Shown piece after piece: positions 30,558-39,186 of a stretch of 64,000 nucleotides of DNA. The stretch is from the sequence record OR532817.1. The stretch is one strand, 5' to 3'. The notes below the pieces were generated by a model. It searched no databases. It was not told the DNA's origin and saw only the letters and a list, made by a program, of their open reading frames with translations. The stretch's first letter is position 1. Every line of letters starts with the position of its first letter. A program made the translations under genes and the position numbers.

Positions 30558-31472
30558 ATGTCTAAAAAAATTAACGAAGCACAAGTTAAGATTGATATCA
30601 TGAACTTAAATAGTTCAGATCTATCAACACTTGCTCGAATGATGGAACTTGCTGGACAAGCCGAACAAGGTGCAGTGCCAAGTACATCTAGTTCTATTGG
30701 CGTACCAGGTAGTATTGCAGGTGCAGTCGATTCTATGGGTAATACTGAACCATCTGAAGTTGAAGTAGGTTATGATGTTGATTCTGAACCAGATGTAAGT
30801 TCTTCTCTGGAAGTGGGTTCTGAGTCTGATGTTGATCCACTACAAAGTTCAATTGAAGAACTTGGCGGTATGACTGATTTTGGTGCACAAGATGATGAAC
30901 TAACTGATATCGACGTGGTAGAATCTGAAGAAATTGAAGACGAAGATGATATGATTGAAGAAGAGTTAAAACGTATGACTCAGTTATCTGGTATTGTCAC
31001 TGAAGATGAAGATGTTGAAGTCGATTCCGATGATGATGATGACAAAGATGAATCAGATGATGATGTAGATCTCGATGAATCTCGCATTATTCCAGATCTA
31101 AGTCTAGAAGAAGATACCAGTGATGTTACTGAGTATGGTCCTTTTGATTCTGAACAAGATGCTATCCGTGATGCAAAATGGAAGACTAATGGAGAACTGG
31201 GTGATAACTTCAACGTAGATCAAAAAGAAGATGGTCATTTCTACTGGAGTCGTGTGATGCAAGAACAAGCGTTTAGTACTGAAGCAGATCCTGAATTAGT
31301 AGATACAGATGGTATTCAGTATTCACGTCACCGTATGAAACCAAAATTTAATGGTGCTGCTCTCGGTGATAACCCACTTCGTGAAGAAGAGCAAGAAGAC
31401 GAAGAAACCGTTGATGATATCTTTGAAAGTCTACAAAAACGCTACACTGCTTTTGTTGGAGGTAAAAAATAA
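30558..31472 (+). CDS. highly acidic scaffold/core-like protein
   Basis: D/E-rich; KINE|A and other (I/L/V)xE motifs. Confidence 0.55.
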   Translation: MSKKINEAQVKIDIMNLNSSDLSTLARMMELAGQAEQGAVPSTSSSIGVPGSIAGAVDSMGNTEPSEVEVGYDVDSEPDVSSSLEVGSESDVDPLQSSIEELGGMTDFGAQDDELTDIDVVESEEIEDEDDMIEEELKRMTQLSGIVTEDEDVEVDSDDDDDKDESDDDVDLDESRIIPDLSLEEDTSDVTEYGPFDSEQDAIRDAKWKTNGELGDNFNVDQKEDGHFYWSRVMQEQAFSTEADPELVDTDGIQYSRHRMKPKFNGAALGDNPLREEEQEDEETVDDIFESLQKRYTAFVGGKK

Positions 31473-31876
31473 TGTTTGATTATCGTAAACTAATGGAAGC
31501 ACTTGATGCTATTGAAAATGGTGAAGACGTGCAACAGGACAGTGCTCCAGCAGCAAAAGAGGATGTGGTGGGGCATCTCAAGGATATCACCAATTCAATT
31601 ATCGACATTCTTGATAAACTACAAAGTGGTGATGCCGATATGAATGAGGTTTGTAAAGATTTGCAAAAAGCTAGTGACATTCTGTCAGCATTGGCATATA
31701 ATGATTCTACTGATTCAGATGAAGAATCTGATACAACTGATGATACCAGTACTGATGAAGTAACAGAAGATGTTGGTGTCGATGGTTATGAACCAACAGT
31801 GGATAATCAAGAACACCGTTCTTATAAAGAGAAAAGTGCACCATCATATAGTTCTCGCCAAGGCTTTACTGGTTAA
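31472..31876 (+). CDS. acidic putative head protein
   Basis: YRKLME|A N-terminus; TAATG coupling. Confidence 0.55.
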   Translation: MFDYRKLMEALDAIENGEDVQQDSAPAAKEDVVGHLKDITNSIIDILDKLQSGDADMNEVCKDLQKASDILSALAYNDSTDSDEESDTTDDTSTDEVTEDVGVDGYEPTVDNQEHRSYKEKSAPSYSSRQGFTG

Positions 31877-31888
31877 GTGATATGATGT

Positions 31889-32266
31889 ATGATGCCACGA
31901 GTTACCGACAGTACAAATTATCAGCTTGATGTACTTAATAAAGTTAAAGATGTTCATGAGTTAGAAGCTGATATCACTGATAGAATGCTACTAAGAAGCA
32001 TATTTAACAATTACAGAAGTGGTGCTGGGTTAAGATTAAGCAAGTTTGGATATGAAATTTGTACAGAAAATAATCTTTACGAATTTACAAAAATCCCCTT
32101 GCAACGAGAAATAAAAAGCTCTATAATCTTTACTGCGTTGGACAGAATATGTGTTAGTCCTTATTACTCTGATGGATGTTACATTTATTTGTCTGATGGT
32201 ATGGTAGTTACTGAATTGACTTTTTGCTGTGATGATTTTAAAATACTTTTTGAAATGCACATGTAA
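31889..32266 (+). CDS. hypothetical protein
   Basis: 125-aa ORF. Confidence 0.65.
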   Translation: MMPRVTDSTNYQLDVLNKVKDVHELEADITDRMLLRSIFNNYRSGAGLRLSKFGYEICTENNLYEFTKIPLQREIKSSIIFTALDRICVSPYYSDGCYIYLSDGMVVTELTFCCDDFKILFEMHM

Positions 32267-32299
32267 AAAAACACTTCGAAAAAAAAATTAAAAAAATGT

Positions 32300-32327
32300 T
32301 TGACAAAGCTGATTAATGTGATATAAT
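32300..32327 (+). promoter_or_regulatory. strong sigma70 early promoter
   Basis: A-tract UP element, TTGACA-N16, extended -10 TGATATAAT. Confidence 0.8.
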
Positions 32328-32539
32328 GCTCAGCATAAAGACAAACAACATCAACGAATTTAATGATTGAATAGTTGATGAAATGTCATCATAATTAATG
32401 ATGTACCTTTTAAGTACCAAGGATGAATTACTAAGTTAGGACTGCTAAGTTAAAAATAAAAACTTTCAGTCCTTTACTTTTGCTTACGGAAAAGCTATCA
32501 TATAAACGTAACGATTTCTTAAACCAAAAGGAAAATACA

Positions 32540-33874
32540 ATGTCTAAAGCTGATCAAAACGATATCCTGAACGTAACTCTGACCCCAAAGAAAGCAAAAA
32601 TGGCAATTGCTATTGCTGATAAAATCCAAGATTCTCTGATGATTTGGGGTTCCCCTGGTATCGGTAAATCTGCTATCGCACGTCAGTACGCTGATGAACA
32701 GTACCCGCTGCGTAAGGATAATGTTGGTAAACTCGAATTCATGCGTCAACAAGTTGAAGTTGCCGATGATTCCGAAAAAGCACAACTGCAACGCGAACTG
32801 GAAGCATTTGAAGCCAAACTGATTGACCAGGATTCAAACTTCATCGACTTCCGCCTGTCGCAAATTGAACCATCTGATCTCCGTGGTATTCCAGTACCAG
32901 AGAAAGTATATAAAGATGATAAAGGTAATATTCTGGCTGAATCTGACCTGGATCAAGTTAATAACTACATCGCAGAAACTGCTGTTGTGTGGGCTGCACC
33001 AAAAGTACTGAAACTTCCAGAAGACTGGAAAGGTGTTATCCTGTTTGATGAGATTAACTCTGCTATGCCAATTGTACAGGCTGCGTCTTATCAGCTAATT
33101 CTCGACCGCTGTGTTGGCGAAATGAAACTGCCGAAGACCGCTATGGTACTTGCGGCAGGGAACCGCGAAACTGATGGTGGTGTAACATTCGCACTGGCGA
33201 CCCCACTGCGTGACCGTATGACCCATATTGAGATGGTACCATATCATCAGGATTGGATTGACGATTACGCAATTAGTAAGCGTATTAACCCAGCAACCGT
33301 TGCGTTTATCAATAACACTGGTGCTAAGTACTTTAACACACTGTCACCAAATGATCCGTCTCATAGCGGTGGTACCTCTCCACGTTCATGGGAAACCGTA
33401 GCTCGCTACGAAGATCTGAAAAAACAGGGTGCGATTGATAAAGAAGTTTTCCGTGCACTGATTGCTGGTCGTGTTGGTGATGGTATTGCAACCGAGTACA
33501 TCGAATATGTCGAAAACGTATCTAAGCTACCAGATACCATGGCTATTCTGAATGGTGAGATTACCGAAATGGACTCTTCACTGGATATTTCAGCGAACTA
33601 CTTTGTTTCACTGAACCTGGTGTATAAGATCATCGATCTGTACTCAGAAAAACAGGCTAAACGCCTATCTGACAAAGAGTGGGGTCGTCTGGTGAACAAT
33701 TTCATCCTGTTCCTGGATCACAACTTCAGTAACTGTCAAGATGAACTGTCTGTAATGGCGATTCGTACAATCACCAAAGCAAACGTCACTGTGAAATTTG
33801 CTGATGCTCCAGCGTTCCGTGACTTTGTTAAGAAGTATGAACAACTGGTTCGTGCAGCACGCTCTCTTGGTTAA
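32540..33874 (+). CDS. MoxR-like AAA+ ATPase
   Basis: GSPGIGKS, ILFDEINSA, AAGNRETD, LRDRMTH; AAGGA RBS before ATG 32540. Confidence 0.88.
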   Translation: MSKADQNDILNVTLTPKKAKMAIAIADKIQDSLMIWGSPGIGKSAIARQYADEQYPLRKDNVGKLEFMRQQVEVADDSEKAQLQRELEAFEAKLIDQDSNFIDFRLSQIEPSDLRGIPVPEKVYKDDKGNILAESDLDQVNNYIAETAVVWAAPKVLKLPEDWKGVILFDEINSAMPIVQAASYQLILDRCVGEMKLPKTAMVLAAGNRETDGGVTFALATPLRDRMTHIEMVPYHQDWIDDYAISKRINPATVAFINNTGAKYFNTLSPNDPSHSGGTSPRSWETVARYEDLKKQGAIDKEVFRALIAGRVGDGIATEYIEYVENVSKLPDTMAILNGEITEMDSSLDISANYFVSLNLVYKIIDLYSEKQAKRLSDKEWGRLVNNFILFLDHNFSNCQDELSVMAIRTITKANVTVKFADAPAFRDFVKKYEQLVRAARSLG

Positions 33875-33898
33875 TAAAAAGTTGAAATAATACTTTAC

Positions 33899-33930
33899 AA
33901 TAAGGATACCATTTGGTATCCTTATTTTTA
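33899..33930 (+). terminator. intrinsic terminator
   Basis: ATAAGGATACCA/TGGTATCCTTAT + T tract. Confidence 0.75.
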
Positions 33931-33967
33931 TCAAGAGGAAAGTGTTTTAATATACAAAGGGGTAATT

Positions 33968-35353
33968 ATGTCTGATTTTAAATTTGAAGAACCGAGTGTA
34001 GAATTGCAACGAGAGTGTCAGAACCGTATGATCATTGCTCGTACTGCACTGATGTTGACTCATCCGTTTTTCGGTGTTCTTGCATCCCGCCTTCGTCCGG
34101 TAGCCAATAATACATGGTGCCGCACTATGGCTGTTGATGGTAAACATCTTTTCTATAACGTTGAATTCGTTATGGGTGTTCAAGATCCAGCAAAAAAAGA
34201 TATGTACAAAGAAGCAATTCGTGAAAAACTACCAGATGTTACAGAAGAGCAACTGGAAGCAATGACGAATGGACTAACGAATGAAAACATCATTGCAGTT
34301 ATTTGTCATGAAATTCTGCACTGTGCATATGATCATTTCCTGCGTCGAGGTATGCGTGATCCAAGACGTTTTAACCGTGCTGCTGACTATGCAATCAACC
34401 AAATCATTGATCGTGATGGTATTGGTAAACTACCTGATGGTTGTCTGCTGGATAAGAAGTTTGAAAACATGACCGCTGAAGAAATCTATCTTCTACTGGA
34501 AGAAGAAGAGCAGCAGGGGCAAGGTCAACAACAAAAACAGCAGGGTGGTTCAGGGGATGGCCAGGGTCAATCCAGGGGTACTATGGGTGATTTGGCTAAT
34601 GGTAGTCCAAAGGGTTCTACTATTGACCAGCACGACGTACCACAAGATGGTGAGAATGGTTCTGATGAAGAAACTCGTAAAGGTTATATGGATGATTTCA
34701 AACAAGCAATGATGAATGCTGCTCGTGCTGGTGGTACACCCGCTGAAATCGCTCGTATGATTAAGAACTTCAAAGAACCAAAAATTGACTGGCGTTCTAA
34801 ACTACAGCGTACTCTGCGTAGCTGGCTGAAATCCGATGCTACTTATCAGACTCCTTCTCGTCGTTCGTGGAGTACTGGTTTTGGTGCCAAGGGTTCATTC
34901 TATGGTTCTCCTATCTATCCGGGTATGAAACCAGATGAAGATATTGATATCGCAATTGCACTAGATGCATCCGGTTCAATTTCTGAAGATATGCTACGTG
35001 ATTTCATCGGGGAAGTACTTGGTATTACCAAACAGTTTAAACAATTCAAAATTCGTATCATGACTTTTGATACCCAAGTTTATACGGTTAAAGACTATAA
35101 AACTGGAGAAGAGAAAAAAATTCTTGAATATCCAATTTATGGTGGTGGTGGTACTGATTTCGATGCAGTTTGGGAACATATGAAACAAGACAATTATGTT
35201 CCTAAACAACTGATCATGTTTACCGATGGTGAACCATGGCAATCATGGGGTGATCCAAACTATTGCAAAACTCTGTTTGTGATTCATAGTAATCCTAACA
35301 AAGAAGCACCATTTGGTGAAACAGTACATTACGAATACGAGAAAAAACGTTAA
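33968..35353 (+). CDS. HExxH metallopeptidase-VWA fusion (DUF2201-type)
   Basis: TMAVDG, HEILH, FNRAADYAIN, MIDAS DASGS, GGGGTDF, FTDG. Confidence 0.88.
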   Translation: MSDFKFEEPSVELQRECQNRMIIARTALMLTHPFFGVLASRLRPVANNTWCRTMAVDGKHLFYNVEFVMGVQDPAKKDMYKEAIREKLPDVTEEQLEAMTNGLTNENIIAVICHEILHCAYDHFLRRGMRDPRRFNRAADYAINQIIDRDGIGKLPDGCLLDKKFENMTAEEIYLLLEEEEQQGQGQQQKQQGGSGDGQGQSRGTMGDLANGSPKGSTIDQHDVPQDGENGSDEETRKGYMDDFKQAMMNAARAGGTPAEIARMIKNFKEPKIDWRSKLQRTLRSWLKSDATYQTPSRRSWSTGFGAKGSFYGSPIYPGMKPDEDIDIAIALDASGSISEDMLRDFIGEVLGITKQFKQFKIRIMTFDTQVYTVKDYKTGEEKKILEYPIYGGGGTDFDAVWEHMKQDNYVPKQLIMFTDGEPWQSWGDPNYCKTLFVIHSNPNKEAPFGETVHYEYEKKR

Positions 35354-35359
35354 TAAGCA

Positions 35360-35396
35360 AAAAGACGGACTTTTTAATGTCCGTCTTTGTTTTTTT
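35360..35396 (+). terminator. intrinsic terminator
   Basis: AAAGACGGAC/GTCCGTCTTT + T tract. Confidence 0.75.
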
Positions 35397-35459
35397 GAAC
35401 AAAATAAATATTCCTGATATAATTATTATGGAAAATCACATTTACAAGGAAAGTGTATT

Positions 35460-35681
35460 ATGGAAAATGAAAATGTCCAACTTGAACTAGTTGATCTAAT
35501 CAATGCAGCAAAAATTATGGAACACGCAATTAAACTAAATGTCTTCACCGTAGAAGAACTGGTTTCTGTTGCTCCAGTAGTATCTAAATTTATCAAATTC
35601 GCTAATAATGCATTACAAGACTCTCAGAACCAGGATTCTGAAAATTCAGAAACCACAGAAAGTGGTGACGTAAATGAGTAA
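35460..35681 (+). CDS. hypothetical protein
   Basis: 73 aa; TTGAAC...TGATATAAT promoter upstream. Confidence 0.7.
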   Translation: MENENVQLELVDLINAAKIMEHAIKLNVFTVEELVSVAPVVSKFIKFANNALQDSQNQDSENSETTESGDVNE

Positions 35682-36324
35682 TGTAGTACGTCATAAAGGC
35701 GTGATGCGAAATACTGGTTCACGTGTGTTCGTTGTTTTTCGTGAACTACCGGGTGAACCAGAATATTGTCTGGTTGTATTTCAAGATTCTCTACCAGAAG
35801 TATATACTTGGGCCGTTCGTGATCTAGTTTCAGGCCCAGGACAAAATAGTACTGAATTACATGAAATCATGAATGCAGTTGGTGTTCTTGATGGTCGTAA
35901 AATGCTGAATGTATTACATGAAGGTAAGTACTTACGTAAAGTTCGTACTGCTGATGTGGACATGCATACTGGCGGAAATAACATTATTCCTCTTAATGTT
36001 CTTAATGAACGATTCAGTGCTAATCTTACCGAAGAATCAAAAATCAAAGATTACAACCCCTTTAATCCTGAAATGCAGGATACCAAAATCGAGGAAATGA
36101 CTATTGTTTCTGAACTGATTAAAGAAGCTCAGAAATATGAAAAACTTTCTAAAGATTACTACGAGCGTCTTTATAACCTTGAACCTTCTATGCGTCCACA
36201 GGGTGAAGTTAAAGAAAGTGAAGGTTTCTTTAGTATCGAATTTCCTAACGATATTTCACAAACTAAAGCAATTGAAAAACTGAAAAAAGTATTCTTGGAG
36301 CGTAAAAATAATGCCAACGATTAG
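35674..36324 (+). CDS. conserved hypothetical protein
   Basis: 216 aa, coupled. Confidence 0.75.
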   Translation: MSNVVRHKGVMRNTGSRVFVVFRELPGEPEYCLVVFQDSLPEVYTWAVRDLVSGPGQNSTELHEIMNAVGVLDGRKMLNVLHEGKYLRKVRTADVDMHTGGNNIIPLNVLNERFSANLTEESKIKDYNPFNPEMQDTKIEEMTIVSELIKEAQKYEKLSKDYYERLYNLEPSMRPQGEVKESEGFFSIEFPNDISQTKAIEKLKKVFLERKNNAND

Positions 36325-36616
36325 TATAGAAGAAATTATTCTTATGCTAAAAGAAGAAAGGCAAAAACAAATTCATAGTCCAAATACTTTAGGTGATACA
36401 AATAAAACAAAAAATGACTGGACTGCATTATGTGCTTACTATTTGTTTGAAGGAGCAAGTAGACCAGATAAACATGTATCATTTGATGAATTCAGAACAT
36501 CATTGATTAAAGCAGGTGCTGTTATTATTGCAGCACTTGAAACGAGTTTCGCTTTAGAAGATGAAAAACTAAAAGACTTGATGAATAAGCTTGAGAATAA
36601 TCATGACGAAGAATGA
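36311..36616 (+). CDS. MazG-like helical protein (degenerate)
   Basis: ERQKQ...DW...SLIKAGAVIIAALE. Confidence 0.45.
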   Translation: MPTISIEEIILMLKEERQKQIHSPNTLGDTNKTKNDWTALCAYYLFEGASRPDKHVSFDEFRTSLIKAGAVIIAALETSFALEDEKLKDLMNKLENNHDEE

Positions 36617-37193
36617 ACTTGATTCTTGGATCAGGTGTCAGACTAATACATTTTATAGTGGCGGAGCAGCAGGTGCTGACCGCCTTTTTACTTTATATGC
36701 AATTGAAAACGGTTTTGAATGTATCAATTTCTCTTTCAGTAAACATGTACATTATGTATCAGAAGAAACTGTACTGAGAATACCAGCAGATATATTAGGT
36801 GACAATGAAATATATAATGAATTAGTTAGAGCATCCAGAAATTTATCGAAGAAAGTCCCACAAAAAAATACATACGTATATAACTTATTAGCTCGCAATA
36901 GCTATCAAATATTCAATACTGAACGTATATATTGTATTTCTACTTTAGTTTCTCCTAATACAGTTAGTGGTGGTACATCATGGGCTGTACAAATGTTGAT
37001 TAATAAAGAAGAACACCCAGAAATATATTTGTACGACTATTATGATAAATGCGTATATTCATACGATTCAGTACTAAAACAATTCACTGAAGTATTTTTT
37101 GTTCCTACCCCTCATGGAAACTGGACTGGAATAGGGTCAAGAAATGCCGAACCAAAACATTTAGAACATTTTAAAACATTTTTCAAGGATTAA
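36603..37193 (+). CDS. SLOG-superfamily nucleotide-binding protein
   Basis: FYSGGAAGAD, LLARN..Q, SGGTSWAV, GIGSR. Confidence 0.65.
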   Translation: MTKNELDSWIRCQTNTFYSGGAAGADRLFTLYAIENGFECINFSFSKHVHYVSEETVLRIPADILGDNEIYNELVRASRNLSKKVPQKNTYVYNLLARNSYQIFNTERIYCISTLVSPNTVSGGTSWAVQMLINKEEHPEIYLYDYYDKCVYSYDSVLKQFTEVFFVPTPHGNWTGIGSRNAEPKHLEHFKTFFKD

Positions 37194-37195
37194 AA

Positions 37196-37828
37196 ATGAA
37201 ACAACTATTAGACTTATATGACAAAATCTTGAAAGAAGGAGTGAAAAGTACAGACCGAACTGGGGTTGGTACTATTAAACTCGTAGGTCAACAAATGCGA
37301 TTTGATCTAAATGAAGGCTTTCCAGCCGTAACAACTAAACGTCTTGCGTGGAAGGCGATGTTATCAGAACTACTGTGGTTCATTGAAGGTTCCCATGATG
37401 AACGTCGTTTGTGTGAAATTCTTCATGGTACTCGTGACTGGAGTAAAAAAACAATCTGGACAGATAATTATCTCAAACAAGGTGTAGATCTTGGATATAG
37501 TGACGGTAATCTTGGTCCAGTATATGGTAAACAATGGCGAGATTGGGTAGATTATAAATTTAGTTCTGATCCAAATGAAATTCAATTATTAAAAGATAAA
37601 GGTTATAAAGTATTAGATTATACCGGCTCGCATGGTGTTGTAATGCGTCGCAGTACTGATCAACTCATGAAAGTTATTGATGGTCTAAAAAATGATCCAT
37701 ATGGACGCCGACATATTCTAAGTGCATGGAATGTTGGTGAGCTTGATGATATGGCTCTTCAACCATGTCATAGTTTTGTTCAATGGGTAGTTAGTGATAA
37801 TAAACTAAGTTGTATTCTGACTCAACGT
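37196..37828 (+). CDS. thyA: thymidylate synthase exon 1
   Basis: DRTGVGT, FPAVTTKRL, ELLWF, GPVYGKQWR, SAWNV, ALQPCH, ends LTQR. Confidence 0.95.
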
Positions 37829-38856
37829 TAATCTGAGCGTCTTTATCTCGTGAGAGATATAGCAAACACCTCTAAACGGGGAAAATCCTGTTAATAAATA
37901 CAGGACAACCACCGTGCTAAAATAGAGGTTTGTAATGGGATTTGTATATAGAATTTTAAACACAGAAACAAATAAAGAATATATAGGTTCAACTTTAAAT
38001 TATATAAAAAGAAAGAAAACTCATTTTTCTAATCTTAAAAATAATAAACACCATTGTATTCATTTACAACGATCATATAACAAGTATGGTAGAGACAAAT
38101 TTATATTTGAAATATTATATGAAGGTGATGATTATAAAGAGATTGAATATAATATGATAAATGAAAATTATGATAATCTTTATAATGTTTCTAAACAAGT
38201 ATCTGGTGGTGATTTAATAAGTTATCATCCATACAAAGAAGAAATTTCCAAAAAGAAATCTGAAACAGCCAAACGTCAATATAAAGATGGTACTAGAGAT
38301 CCAAAAACAAATTCTAGACCGGGAAGCAAAAATGGAAGATGGAATGGTGGTTCAGTTGCTAAACATGAAACATGTAAGTGTGGTAAGTGGAAACAATATA
38401 GTGCTAAACAATGTATATCATGTTATGATAAAAATGGAGAAAATAACCCTTTTTATGGAAAAGAACATACAGAAGAAACCAAAAAAATATTATCAGAAAA
38501 GATGAAAAAACGTTCAGAAAATGGTTATCTTCCACCTAATACCAATAAAATAGAAATCGATGGAATAATATATAAATCACAAGCTGAAGCTGCTAGAAAG
38601 CTTGGTGTATGTGATGGTACAATAATTCATCGTTTAAAATCAACAAATCAAAAATATAAAAATTACAAACGTCTATAATGCCGAACGACTATCAAACGCA
38701 CATAGAAATATGGAAGCAAGTAGAGTACACTCAAGCGAGTGGAAACGGGGTGGGACTTCATTATGAAGTTCGTGATATAGTCTTATCTATATGGTAACAT
38801 ATAGCAGTACTGTTTAAGTACGGATACAGAGGTAGCGAACTGTATTGAAAATAATG
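37829..38856 (+). mobile_element. group I intron (IA2-like) with homing endonuclease in the P6 region
   Basis: P1 with U37828-G37837; P10 CTGA 37833-36 with exon-2 TCAG; P3 CACCTC 37867-72/GGGGTG 38747-52; P7 GACTA 38687-91/TAGTC 38778-82; terminal G38856; splicing restores QR|SADTFLGVP. Confidence 0.92.
37935..38678 (+). CDS. intron-encoded GIY-YIG homing endonuclease (I-TevI-like architecture)
   Basis: GFVY..KEYIGST, catalytic R/E/N pattern, Cys4 ribbon, NUMOD3 (NPFYGKEHTEETK), C-terminal HTH. Confidence 0.92.
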   Translation: MGFVYRILNTETNKEYIGSTLNYIKRKKTHFSNLKNNKHHCIHLQRSYNKYGRDKFIFEILYEGDDYKEIEYNMINENYDNLYNVSKQVSGGDLISYHPYKEEISKKKSETAKRQYKDGTRDPKTNSRPGSKNGRWNGGSVAKHETCKCGKWKQYSAKQCISCYDKNGENNPFYGKEHTEETKKILSEKMKKRSENGYLPPNTNKIEIDGIIYKSQAEAARKLGVCDGTIIHRLKSTNQKYKNYKRL

Positions 38857-39153
38857 TCAGCAGATACATTCTTGGGGGTTCCACTGAATATCACATCATA
38901 TTCAGTACTCACCCATATGATAGCACAAATTACTGGATTAGAAGTTGGTGAATTTATCTGGAACGGTGGAGATTGTCATATTTACTTGAATCATATCGAA
39001 CAAGTAAAAGAACAATTATCACGAGATACAAAAGAATTACCAAAATTGTGGATAGACCCAAGAGTTACAGATATTACAAAATTTACAATGGATTCTGTTA
39101 AATTGATTGGATATGATCCACACCCGGTAATCAAAGCACCAATGGCAGTATAA
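38857..39153 (+). CDS. thyA: thymidylate synthase exon 2
   Basis: [31 protein letters not shown]. Confidence 0.95.
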   Translation, partial: SADTFLGVPLNITSYSVLTHMIAQITGLEVGEFIWNGGDCHIYLNHIEQVKEQLSRDTKELPKLWIDPRVTDITKFTMDSVKLIGYDPHPVIKAPMAV

Positions 39154-39156
39154 TAT

Positions 39157-39186
39157 AAAAGGGAGACATTAAGTCTCCCTTTTTTT
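39157..39186. terminator. bidirectional terminator
   Basis: AAAAGGGAGAC/GTCTCCCTTTT between convergent genes. Confidence 0.85.

Noticed and set aside
37196-39153. thyA as a broken pseudogene
   Set aside because: A group I intron core is present and splicing restores an in-frame QRSADTFLG
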